Shown: positions 8,976 through 17,366 of the stretch, piece after piece
Position numbering within the stretch: the first letter of the stretch is position 1
How the letters are laid out: the number at the start of each line of letters is the position of its first letter
Source: Deltaproteobacteria bacterium
GTDB lineage: Bacteria; Desulfobacterota; Anaeroferrophillalia; Anaeroferrophillales; Tharpellaceae
Direction of reading: 5' to 3'
Assembly (NCBI GenBank): GCA_016938065.1
Contig: JAFGVI010000063.1
Span: 2,623 to 66,622 of the forward strand
Length of the DNA stretch: 64,000 nucleotides
Program-made: the position numbers and the translations under genes
The notes under the pieces: model-generated
Database searches by the model: none
What the model was told of the DNA's origin: nothing
Seen by the model: the letters and a program-made list of their open reading frames with translations, nothing else

Positions 8976-11003
8976 ATGAGACAATCGGTTCCCACTTCCG
9001 ACATTATCAATGACCTCCTCGCCGAAAACTGGCAATTACGCTGGCAGGTTCTTACAATCTTTTACCAGACGCAAATCATGTTGCGTGATTTTGCCCGTTC
9101 GTCACGCGAGTACAAACAGGCCAGCGCTTTATGCTCTGAGATGGCGGGCCGCCTTAACGGCCCGAGCGATGTCAATCTCAATCTGGTTCTGACCGCAGCC
9201 TGGTTTCTGGGAGGCAGCTCTTTTCTGCTCCTGGCCCTAGAAAAGATCGGAGTGACTGACCCGGAAACTGGCGACCAGGAAACCATCCTCCTGAAAAAAC
9301 CGCTTATCAGCAACAATTCTAAAATCTCTTTTTTTGACTATTTTCACTCCCTTTTGCGCCGCAACAAAGCCGTTGACGCAACCACGGCAACTGCCGGCAG
9401 AATTTTCCCCCCGGAAATCTGCCTGACCCTGCTCTGTGCCATTGCTGAAGCCGAACCCCGCCGCAGGGGGCTCGCCCTTTTGAGAAACCATTACCCGAAA
9501 GTTTTCTTCAATGAGCTGCTCCTCGGAGATAAGCTTTCGCTCCTGCAGGAAAAACCTGAACTGCTGGACTTTATCGCCCCCCCGCTCTCCTCCGCGGCTG
9601 AAATTATTATCACGGAGATGGTATCTGAACTGCTGCACGCCGACAATCCCGCCAGGGACGTGGCCGTTGCTGCGGCAGGACGCCTAAAGCTTGAAAAATG
9701 CCGTCCGCAATTACGCAAACTTCTCGATATCAGCCCGTTTGCGGCAGGCGCTCTAGCTCGTCTCGGCGACGAAGAAGGCTGCAGAAAATTACTTAAAGCC
9801 GGCAAATCATGGCGCCGCAAGATACGCACGGCCGTACTGGCCGACCTCGCGGGCTGTAACGACCCGGCAGCCCTTGATCTCCTGGAAAACCGGGCGCGTC
9901 AGGGCAGTCTTGATGAAAAAAAAGAAGCTTTAGCGGCTTTGGGAGAAAGGCGCAGTCCCGAAGCACTGCGCACCATCTGCGCCCTCCTTAAGCAGACCAG
10001 CCGGACAGATGAGCTTAATCTGCTCCTTCAGACCCTGTCGGGCACACCCTGGCCGGGAGAAAGTCGAGCGGCCGCCAACCAGCTGGCCCGCCTGGCTGAA
10101 AACCTTGAGCTCTACCCGAAACTGTTGCAGGCGCTGGCAGCCCTTGAATATGGCGAAGAGTGGGGCGATATTTTAGATAAAATCAAAAGCCCCGTTCTAA
10201 AACCGCACTACCGGGAAATCGCCCTGTTCATGACCCGCTTCGCTGAGCAACCCAAAATCCGCCAGCGCCTGATAGCTCTAACCAGAGACATTGACTGGTC
10301 TTTTTCCTATCGCCTGCTGAATCTTCTAACTCCGGAGCTGAAACGCACCGACATTCCGCAGTTGCTCACCCTGCTTGACGACCGCGAAGAGGGTCGGGCC
10401 CTGACCATTAAAGAACGTCTGACCAAAGGCCAGGACCTTGAACGCCTCCCGGAGGCTCTGGCCGAATTTTTCGGCATCCATCCGGAGATAGCCAATTTGA
10501 CCATCGACCGGCTCCTGACCGCTGTCATCTGCGGCAACCAGCCCACCAGCGAAGAACTCTTTGCCATCCTGGCCCGCCAACCATCGGGTTTAAGTGAACT
10601 GCTGCTCGGTTACCCTCCCGGCAGCGATTACAAGGCCGATGCCGAGCAGTATTTCCCCTTGCTCATGGCCACGCACTGGCTTGCTCAAATCGAGGTTGAC
10701 GGCAGCGATTGTTTTGCGATAGTAATACACCGGACCCGGCGTTACAGCGGATTTTTCCGCCAAAGCATCATTGCGGCTCTCAACCTTCTGCTGGATCGAA
10801 AAAACGAGCTTGACAATTTCGACTGCCTGCCTGTTCTAAACAGGATTATTGACTTTATCCGCGGGCGACCCCACTATGAGGCGCTGCGCGAGAAGCTCCT
10901 GTTGCGCATCACCCGCATCACCCGCAACTGCAGGGAGCTTAAGGTCTACAATGAAGCCTCGCAAACCAGGGAACTGCGCATTTTCAAGGTAAAGAAACTC
11001 TAA
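8976..11003 (+). CDS. HEAT-repeat (PBS-lyase-type) protein, function unknown
   Basis: 675 aa, helical and Leu/Ala-rich with repeats such as AAGALARLGDEEGCRKLL, NDPAALDLLENRARQGS and KKEALAALGERRSPEALRTI. Starts 9 nt after the kinase stop. Confidence 0.55.
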   Translation: MRQSVPTSDIINDLLAENWQLRWQVLTIFYQTQIMLRDFARSSREYKQASALCSEMAGRLNGPSDVNLNLVLTAAWFLGGSSFLLLALEKIGVTDPETGDQETILLKKPLISNNSKISFFDYFHSLLRRNKAVDATTATAGRIFPPEICLTLLCAIAEAEPRRRGLALLRNHYPKVFFNELLLGDKLSLLQEKPELLDFIAPPLSSAAEIIITEMVSELLHADNPARDVAVAAAGRLKLEKCRPQLRKLLDISPFAAGALARLGDEEGCRKLLKAGKSWRRKIRTAVLADLAGCNDPAALDLLENRARQGSLDEKKEALAALGERRSPEALRTICALLKQTSRTDELNLLLQTLSGTPWPGESRAAANQLARLAENLELYPKLLQALAALEYGEEWGDILDKIKSPVLKPHYREIALFMTRFAEQPKIRQRLIALTRDIDWSFSYRLLNLLTPELKRTDIPQLLTLLDDREEGRALTIKERLTKGQDLERLPEALAEFFGIHPEIANLTIDRLLTAVICGNQPTSEELFAILARQPSGLSELLLGYPPGSDYKADAEQYFPLLMATHWLAQIEVDGSDCFAIVIHRTRRYSGFFRQSIIAALNLLLDRKNELDNFDCLPVLNRIIDFIRGRPHYEALREKLLLRITRITRNCRELKVYNEASQTRELRIFKVKKL

Positions 11004-11017
11004 GGTTAAAGGTACTG

Positions 11018-12535
11018 ATGGCTAAAACAGTCTCTATCTTCTTTAACAATGTCAACCTGCAGATCTATAGTCAGGATGAGGAGAGCGGGCGGATTGAATC
11101 GGTTCATCTGGGCGAAATTTCGACCACAGTCGAGATTAACACCCCCAAGGGTCCGGAGAAGATCCATCTGGTCCCCGCCATGATCTGTTACGCTGACCGT
11201 ATCTATTGCGGCCAGGAGGTTTTCAGCCAGAAAAAATTCAGCTCCCCGGCCACCTTCAAATACATGAAGCAGTATATGGCCAAGAGGCAATTTCTGCCCC
11301 GGATTATCGGTGACCAGGAGATCAGTACCTTCCAGGCCGCCACCGATCTGCTCATCAATATCATCGACCGCATTCATGATCTCTACGGCAAGGATCAGGT
11401 GGCGATGATCGTCTTTATCGTCGAACCCCTTAACTTTTCGGTTTTCGCCGCAACGATTGAAGAGTTCTGTCTGCGTATCGGCCTGATCAACTACAAGGTT
11501 GTCGACGAGGCGGTATGCGCGCTGCTGGCCTACGATCTGGCCAACCAGATCGACCAGCACCTGATCTATCTCCACTTCGGCTACACGACCATTGATCTCT
11601 ACCTGGTCAAAATTGTTGAAAGCAGCCGCGAACCCCGGCTTCAGAGCGTCATCATCTGCAGTATGCATAAAAATTACGGCGGAGCCGACATCGACAAGGT
11701 TATTCAGAACTACTTTGCCGACAAAGTCCCCCTCAATATGAAAAAAGCCCGCGAGATCAGAGGTAAACTCAATATAAATCCGCAATACCGGGAAACTTTT
11801 AATGACGTCGAACTCAGCCTGGAACGCAGCGAGCTGCACAAGATGCTTGACCAGAAGGGTTATGGCCGGGAATTGCAGGTTCTTTTACGCGACCTTTTCG
11901 ACCTTGCTTCAGGTTTCGGGGTTACCTATGAAAATGTCGGTTATGTTCTCGGTACCGGCCTGAGCCTGCCGACCCATTACTATAAAGACATTATGAAAAG
12001 TTTTTTCGGGCCGAAATTCCTGAGCCAGAAAGCGCATGAAGCCATTCCTATCGGGGCCTTGCGCTACCTCAAAAAAGGAGGGCTGCAGGCGACGATCAAG
12101 GCCAATTACGCCATCCGCAGCCGCACCGCCAAAGGAGACGGCTACCGCTACGACATTATCGTCCCCAAAGGTACCCCCTACCCCACCCAGAACGGCATCA
12201 CCAGTATCGTCGCCAACGGCTTCTTTGCCGGACAGCTGGAGGTCGAACTTGATATCTTCCGCATGGATCGTCCCGAAAGCAGCTGCGACCGGGAAATCGT
12301 TATTGACGATACCGGACGCATGCAGCTCGAAGAAAACCTGGGCGACGAACAGCAGTCATTTATCAATGAGGCGCGCCCGGAGATTATTCCGCTCGACCCA
12401 CCGGCTCTGGATAATGAACAGCGCCTGGAGATCACTTTCGATATCAGTTTAAATTGTGATCTGCTGATTACCGTTAAAGACCTGCGCCGTAATCAGACGA
12501 TCTGGAAACGAAAAAAATCGGTGCGTCTGGAATGA
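11018..12535 (+). CDS. Hsp70/DnaK-fold protein with substrate-binding beta domain, no helical lid and degenerate nucleotide-binding motifs
   Basis: Segments align by eye to DnaK: VVDEAVCALLAYDL vs IINEPTAAALAYGL, GGADIDKVIQNYF vs GGEDFDSRLINYL, AHEAIPIGALRYL vs PDEAVAIGAAVQG, RLEITFDISLNCDLLITVKDLRRNQ vs [25 protein letters not shown]. The phosphate loops are altered (see finding). Confidence 0.75.
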   Translation: MAKTVSIFFNNVNLQIYSQDEESGRIESVHLGEISTTVEINTPKGPEKIHLVPAMICYADRIYCGQEVFSQKKFSSPATFKYMKQYMAKRQFLPRIIGDQEISTFQAATDLLINIIDRIHDLYGKDQVAMIVFIVEPLNFSVFAATIEEFCLRIGLINYKVVDEAVCALLAYDLANQIDQHLIYLHFGYTTIDLYLVKIVESSREPRLQSVIICSMHKNYGGADIDKVIQNYFADKVPLNMKKAREIRGKLNINPQYRETFNDVELSLERSELHKMLDQKGYGRELQVLLRDLFDLASGFGVTYENVGYVLGTGLSLPTHYYKDIMKSFFGPKFLSQKAHEAIPIGALRYLKKGGLQATIKANYAIRSRTAKGDGYRYDIIVPKGTPYPTQNGITSIVANGFFAGQLEVELDIFRMDRPESSCDREIVIDDTGRMQLEENLGDEQQSFINEARPEIIPLDPPALDNEQRLEITFDISLNCDLLITVKDLRRNQTIWKRKKSVRLE

Positions 12536-12741
12536 ATAAAAAATCACAGAACCAGAACCTGTCAACCGGCCCCGGCACAAGCATGGACCAGGAACCGCAC
12601 ATTCACATCAGGATTACGGCAGACGGTGAAATCTGCGCCTGGGGCCTGGATCGGAAAGGCGAAGAGCGGATTTTCAGCTTGACCGGCAATCAGGATTTGA
12701 TTAATAAATGCAAAGCAATGTCCTATAATTTATGCGGTTAA
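12532..12741 (+). CDS. Small hypothetical protein (69 aa), translationally coupled to the Hsp70-like gene
   Basis: Its ATG overlaps the upstream stop (ATGA at 12532-12535). No recognisable motif. Coding status rests on coupling and operon position. Confidence 0.4.
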   Translation: MNKKSQNQNLSTGPGTSMDQEPHIHIRITADGEICAWGLDRKGEERIFSLTGNQDLINKCKAMSYNLCG

Positions 12742-12771
12742 ATCCGACATCTCAGGAGCAGGGGAGCGGCA

Positions 12772-14262
12772 ATGACTTTTCTTGATCGTTTCAACACCAC
12801 AATCCGCAGCAACCATTCACTGATCAACATTGTCACCTACGAAGAGGCCCGTTTTCTTTCGATGATGGGCGAGTCGCCTCTTTTCAAAGACAAGAATATT
12901 ATCATGTGGGATCTCGGCAATGGTTTTAAAGCAATCAAAGGTGAGTTGGGCGGCATTAAAAACAAAGATCGCGCCGACCCCATCAACTGCCTCTCCGAAA
13001 TCGGCAAATTCACCGGCAATGCGATCTTCATCCTGCGAGATTTCCACCTCCATTTTCGGGAAAGTATTATTTTACGCTCGCTAAGAAACCTCAATCATGA
13101 TTTACAGTTCACCAAGAAAACTATCATTCTGACCACCCCGACAGCGACCCTTCCCGTCGAGCTGCGCGAAGATGTCTGCCAGATCGAATTAGAACTGCCC
13201 GGCTATCCTGAAATTGAAAAAGAGCTTGACAGTGTTGTTGTCAGTGCCGCCCAGGGAAAACCGCCAACCCCGCAACTGAAAGAGAAGATTGTTGAATCTA
13301 CCCTTGGCCTCTCGATGGTCAATATCAAGAATCTTTTTTCTAAAATCATCATCACCCACGGCTCAATTGATGAGCGCGCAATTGAAATAATTCTCCAGGA
13401 GAAGCGCGGCATCATCAAAAAAGGGGAAATTCTTGAGTTTTTTCCGGTACAGGAGAGCCTCAACGATATCGGCGGCCTTGAAAATCTTAAGGCCTGGCTG
13501 CGCAAACGAAGTCAGGTTTTCACTCACAAAGCCAAAGATTACGGCCTCCCCGCACCCAAAGGCATTTTAATTATAGGCATTCAGGGAACTGGTAAAAGCC
13601 TGACTGCCAAGGCGACGGCCGGCCTGTGGAAACTGCCCCTGCTACGCATGGATCTGGGCAAGGTTTTCGGCAGTCTGCTGGGGGAGTCGGAACAGAACCT
13701 GCGCCAGGCGATTCACCTGGCGGAAACCATCTCTCCCTGCATTCTCTGGGTTGATGAACTTGAGAAAGCTTTCGCCGGCAGTTCGGGTTCAGCCGGCGAC
13801 GGCGGTACCTCGGCCCGCATTCTCGGAACCTTTTTGACCTGGATGCAGGAAAAAACCAAGCCGGTTTTTATCATCGCCACCGGCAACGATGTGGCCCAGC
13901 TTCCCCCGGAACTGATGCGCAAAGGACGTTTTGACGAAATCTTTTTCGTTGATCTGCCCTCAGCCTCGGAGCGTCAGGCAATCTTTAAGGTTCTGCTCGA
14001 AAAAGTGCGTCCCGTGATTCGCCAGTTCGATCTGGAAAAACTGGCGGCCGCGACCACCGACTACAGCGGAGCTGAAATCGAACAGATTATCTACGACGCC
14101 ATGTTCAACGCCTTTGACGACAATCAACGCGAATTTACCGAAGCTGACATTCTCGCCAGCGTCAGTGAAATCATACCAATATCACGCTTGATGAGTGAGA
14201 AAATCGACGCACTTAAAGCCTGGGCGGCCCAACGCACCCGCAAGGCCAACAGTGAGTTATAA
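12772..14262 (+). CDS. AAA+ ATPase, single C-terminal AAA module with ~250-aa N-domain (Ycf46-like architecture)
   Basis: Walker [14 protein letters not shown], Walker [11 protein letters not shown], sensor/Arg region [23 protein letters not shown]. 496 aa. Confidence 0.85.
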   Translation: MTFLDRFNTTIRSNHSLINIVTYEEARFLSMMGESPLFKDKNIIMWDLGNGFKAIKGELGGIKNKDRADPINCLSEIGKFTGNAIFILRDFHLHFRESIILRSLRNLNHDLQFTKKTIILTTPTATLPVELREDVCQIELELPGYPEIEKELDSVVVSAAQGKPPTPQLKEKIVESTLGLSMVNIKNLFSKIIITHGSIDERAIEIILQEKRGIIKKGEILEFFPVQESLNDIGGLENLKAWLRKRSQVFTHKAKDYGLPAPKGILIIGIQGTGKSLTAKATAGLWKLPLLRMDLGKVFGSLLGESEQNLRQAIHLAETISPCILWVDELEKAFAGSSGSAGDGGTSARILGTFLTWMQEKTKPVFIIATGNDVAQLPPELMRKGRFDEIFFVDLPSASERQAIFKVLLEKVRPVIRQFDLEKLAAATTDYSGAEIEQIIYDAMFNAFDDNQREFTEADILASVSEIIPISRLMSEKIDALKAWAAQRTRKANSEL

Positions 14263-14307
14263 TCATCTCAAGCAACAGCTTTAAACGCTTGCAAATGGAG
14301 AGCAGCC

Positions 14308-14685
14308 ATGTCCCACTTCACCAAGATTAAAAGTAAGATAGCCGACTTAGTCTTTCTCAAAAAAGCAATCAGCGATATGGAGCTGGAGTATCAGGAGGGC
14401 AAATTGAAAGCCAAAGGCTGGCTCTGGAAAAAAGAGAAAGCCGAACTTATCATCCCCACCAAAAGTGGCTACGATATCGGCTTTCGCTTTAATGGTGAAA
14501 CCTACGATGTTGTCGCTGACTGGGACTCCATTAAGGACGTTGACCAGACAACCTTCATGAACACCCTGAACCAGCGCTACGCCTACAACGTGGTCAAAGA
14601 CACTCTGACGCAGCAGGGTTTCCTGCTCACTAATGAGGAAAATAAAAGCGGTACCCTGAATTTGACCTTGAGCCGCAATCTATAA
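14308..14685 (+). CDS. DUF1257 (Ycf35-like) family protein
   Basis: 125 aa. The N-terminus MSHFTKIKSKIADLVFLKKAISDMELEY matches my memory of the DUF1257/ycf35 consensus (MSHF..IKT.I.D...L..AL). Not verified by search. Confidence 0.55.
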   Translation: MSHFTKIKSKIADLVFLKKAISDMELEYQEGKLKAKGWLWKKEKAELIIPTKSGYDIGFRFNGETYDVVADWDSIKDVDQTTFMNTLNQRYAYNVVKDTLTQQGFLLTNEENKSGTLNLTLSRNL

Positions 14686-14717
14686 AACTGCCTGCGAAAC
14701 CTACGGGAGCTATAAAA

Positions 14718-14915
14718 ATGGAAAAAATCGATATCTCTATAACGGAAGATGGAGCTGTCAACCTGCAGCTGGCCGGCTTCGAGGGAGGAAAATGCCTCGA
14801 AATAACCAAGATCCTGGAAACTCTGCTCGGCAATGAAATTGTGGAACGAAATCTGACCAGTGAATATTACACTGCTGAAAACGTTAAAATTGAAGAAAAG
14901 CTGCCCGGCTCTTGA
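14718..14915 (+). CDS. DUF2997-like small protein
   Basis: 65 aa. ISITEDGAVNLQLAGFEGGKCLEITKILETLLG...TSEYY resembles the DUF2997 pattern and has the usual position next to DUF1257/AAA+ genes. Not verified by search. Confidence 0.5.
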   Translation: MEKIDISITEDGAVNLQLAGFEGGKCLEITKILETLLGNEIVERNLTSEYYTAENVKIEEKLPGS

Positions 14916-14997
14916 GTGTAAAAAAACCTGCAGCTTCGCGCCCCTGCACCATAAATTAAAAAAAACCAATTTTTTTTCGAAAAATTTTGCAAATAAC

Positions 14998-15025
14998 TTG
15001 ACTTGCAGCACCAGTCAGCTATAAT
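14998..15025 (+). promoter_or_regulatory. Near-consensus sigma70-type promoter
   Basis: TTGACT (14998-15003), 16-nt spacer, TATAAT (15020-15025), about 85 nt upstream of the ATG at 15108. Confidence 0.45.
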
Positions 15026-15107
15026 AGCATTATCAATATATCTGAACGTTTTTTTCGAGCTGCAAAGCACTAAAATTCACATAATTTTAATTTTCCGGAG
15101 AGCAGAG

Positions 15108-15527
15108 ATGAGCCCCAGTCAGATACGGAGTTACAGTCGCAGTTACAGCTGCCAGAACAATGATTCAGCCGATATTTTTGAACTCATCCAGAGCATTCCA
15201 ACCCTGACCAAGATAGGGGCTGTCTGCTTGGTGCTGGGTAAGTTCATGGGCATCATGGCTATTCCGGCGGCTTTTATCCCCTCTCTCAACATTCTCGTTA
15301 TCCCCCTGATTTTCGCTTGGGGATCTTTGGTTTTTTGCGCCATCGCTCTCTGCTCGGTTGACCACTTTAAAAAGAAAAGAGTTGAGTCAAGAAAGCAGAC
15401 GGTCACTGATATAACCGCACTGTTGCAGGGATCATCAGCATTAAGTGAGGAGGAGACGCTTGAAGAACTAGGCCAGGAAGTGCTGGAATCAGCGGTTATC
15501 ATTCCTTTTGCTGTCGGCCAACGTTAG
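15108..15527 (+). CDS. Small integral membrane protein, unknown function
   Basis: ATG at 15108 with ggagagcagag upstream. Hydrophobic segments IGAVCLVLGKFMGIMAIPAAFI and LVIPLIFAWGSLVFCAIALC. Has its own promoter and terminator. Confidence 0.5.
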   Translation: MSPSQIRSYSRSYSCQNNDSADIFELIQSIPTLTKIGAVCLVLGKFMGIMAIPAAFIPSLNILVIPLIFAWGSLVFCAIALCSVDHFKKKRVESRKQTVTDITALLQGSSALSEEETLEELGQEVLESAVIIPFAVGQR

Positions 15528-15563
15528 AACGAACCCCGAACAAAACTGTCTGCGGACATTGAC

Positions 15564-15600
15564 AAAGCACTCGCATTTATTTGCGAGTGCTTTGTTATTT
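15564..15600 (+). terminator. Rho-independent terminator
   Basis: 12-bp stem aaagcactcgca / tgcgagtgcttt, loop tttatt, then gttattt. Confidence 0.75.
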
Positions 15601-15831
15601 GATTCATGACTTCCCATCTGACCATCACAGCAACCGAAACGGAAAAAACTCCTCCGCCAAAAAAACATCGCCTCAGTCCTGGCTGTGAACCACCTTGTAA
15701 GCATACGCCGAAAACCCCTCAATCCAGTTACAATAACCATCAAAAACAAAAAACATAGTCTTCTGATACAGGAAATAATGGGTTTGCTCCTGTTTTTCGT
15801 TGACTATATAACTCAATTAATGTAATTTAAT

Positions 15832-15845
15832 GTGTCATATGACAC
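15832..15845. promoter_or_regulatory. Perfect 14-bp palindrome GTGTCATATGACAC (candidate operator)
   Basis: Read directly. Lies ~77 nt upstream of the ATG at 15922 and just downstream of a TTGACT...TAATTT promoter-like pair. Confidence 0.35.
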
Positions 15846-15921
15846 CAGGCTATTTTTGGCAACATTCGCCGGTGCAAAAACCAGAAAGCGCAGGCGGACT
15901 ATTTAGACAGAGGATTTTTAA

Positions 15922-17319
15922 ATGGCTGGATTACAATGGCGAAAGCTGAGGCTTGTGGCCGGGCTGATCTTGGGATGTTGTTTGCTGGCAACATCCGGAT
16001 TTGCCCTGGAATTGGGTGGGGCGGATCTGTCGATGAGAAGCTCCACTAAGTATCAAATGCAGTGGTCGGATAGTCCAGCAGACCGCATGAGCGTCGATGA
16101 CAGAAGGGATCAGGATATTTTCGAAACCCTGAGTATCGATGCCAACTGGCGTAACCTGGGTTTGACCTTCTCCTCCATGGCTACCTATGCCAAAGACCTG
16201 GACGGTACACCTCAGGGATCAATCTTTCAGGATTATACCGACAGCCGCGGATCGCATCGCCAGGATTTTGAGTGCTACTACGCTTACCTGGAAAAAACCG
16301 GGCTCTTTACCGAAGGCCTCAGCGTGCGGGTCGGACGCCAATATGCCTATGGCGCTGAGACCGTACAGTTTGATGGTCTCTGGACCCGCTATGAACAACC
16401 TCAATGGTTCGGTTTGGAGGTTGAAGCTTTTGGCGGTCTTGCAGTCCAGCACTACCATGATCTCGGCCCCGACGGAATCGGCGGCGCCAATCTGCGCGTC
16501 CGCCCTCTGCCGGGACTGGCCCTGGATTTGAATGCGCTGTTTTTCGAAGAAACCTCATGGGAAAGTTCTCTCTGCTGGCAGCCTTCAGAACTCTGGAAAT
16601 TCCGCAGTCGTCTTGCTTTTATCAACGACAATACCCGCTTTTTCGACAGCAGTCTGGAAACTACGATTGCGGCAACCGGGACTGTCCTGGACTTCTCATT
16701 CTATCGGCGCTATGCAATCGCAGCCAAAGCCGACTATCTTTTCGACTTCAGCTATAGCCTTGATGAAGCGTTAAGTTCGGAAATGAACCGCCTCTCTCTG
16801 ATGCAGGAACAGGGTTATCTCGAATTTGACATCCGCATCAATCAGCCCATTCCTCAGGTAAAAGGCCTCAGCCTTTTCGCGCGCTATACCAATCGCAGTC
16901 TCGCGCATGGCGAGGACGAGAATCTCTACAATACCGACTTTGAGAGGGTCACGGCCGGTTTTGACCTTGATCAGTGTTTCGGCTGGCAGGGCTTTCACTG
17001 CAGTGCCGGAGTCAGTCAATGGTGGGAGGATCGTGATAAATTCTACGAAGGGGAATCAACCTCATGGTTCGTCGATCTGGAACAGGAGATCTTCCATCGT
17101 CTCAAGCTTGAAGCCGGCTACTATCATAAAAGTGAAGACGTCAACAGTCTGATCGAAGATGAGGCTTCAACCAGCTACAGAGCGGCGGTAGCCTATCGCC
17201 TCTGCGACTATTCCAAAGTCGAAATTGCCTACGAATATGCTCAGGATGATTTCTATAAAGATGAACTGGGGGTTGACTATATTAATACTTTAACCATAAC
17301 GCTGGATCTCAACTTCTGA
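15922..17319 (+). CDS. Outer-membrane beta-barrel (porin-like) protein associated with multihaem cytochromes
   Basis: Signal peptide (...LILGCCLLATSGFA), alternating Tyr/Asp-rich strand-like segments, C-terminal ...TITLDLNF ending in Phe. First gene of the cytochrome cluster. Confidence 0.6.
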   Translation: MAGLQWRKLRLVAGLILGCCLLATSGFALELGGADLSMRSSTKYQMQWSDSPADRMSVDDRRDQDIFETLSIDANWRNLGLTFSSMATYAKDLDGTPQGSIFQDYTDSRGSHRQDFECYYAYLEKTGLFTEGLSVRVGRQYAYGAETVQFDGLWTRYEQPQWFGLEVEAFGGLAVQHYHDLGPDGIGGANLRVRPLPGLALDLNALFFEETSWESSLCWQPSELWKFRSRLAFINDNTRFFDSSLETTIAATGTVLDFSFYRRYAIAAKADYLFDFSYSLDEALSSEMNRLSLMQEQGYLEFDIRINQPIPQVKGLSLFARYTNRSLAHGEDENLYNTDFERVTAGFDLDQCFGWQGFHCSAGVSQWWEDRDKFYEGESTSWFVDLEQEIFHRLKLEAGYYHKSEDVNSLIEDEASTSYRAAVAYRLCDYSKVEIAYEYAQDDFYKDELGVDYINTLTITLDLNF

Positions 17320-17366
17320 ATTCAGAACTCCAAGCCGAAAACTTTTTACTATAACAGGCAAATTCT

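Noticed and set aside
11006-11839. Long antisense ORFs in the track: 277 aa here, and also 7668-8378(-), 19991-20806(-), 24029-24994(-), 30928-31611(+), 35295-36143(+) and 36203-36868(+).
   Set aside because: Each lies fully opposite a gene with clear family motifs (Hsp70 fold, HATPase, CXXCH arrays, radical SAM, PurL, Hpt). The translations are low-complexity (Gly/Arg/Val/Asp-rich), with no RBS and no motifs. This is the usual open antisense frame in GC-rich coding DNA.
8976-14915. Interpreting the HEAT / Hsp70-like / AAA+ / DUF1257 / DUF2997 genes as an anti-phage defence system.
   Set aside because: I recognise no nuclease, NADase, pore-forming or other effector domain. Composition looks like the core genome, there are no flanking mobile or defence genes, and the cluster is headed by a phosphorelay kinase. 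The defence idea has no support from this sequence.
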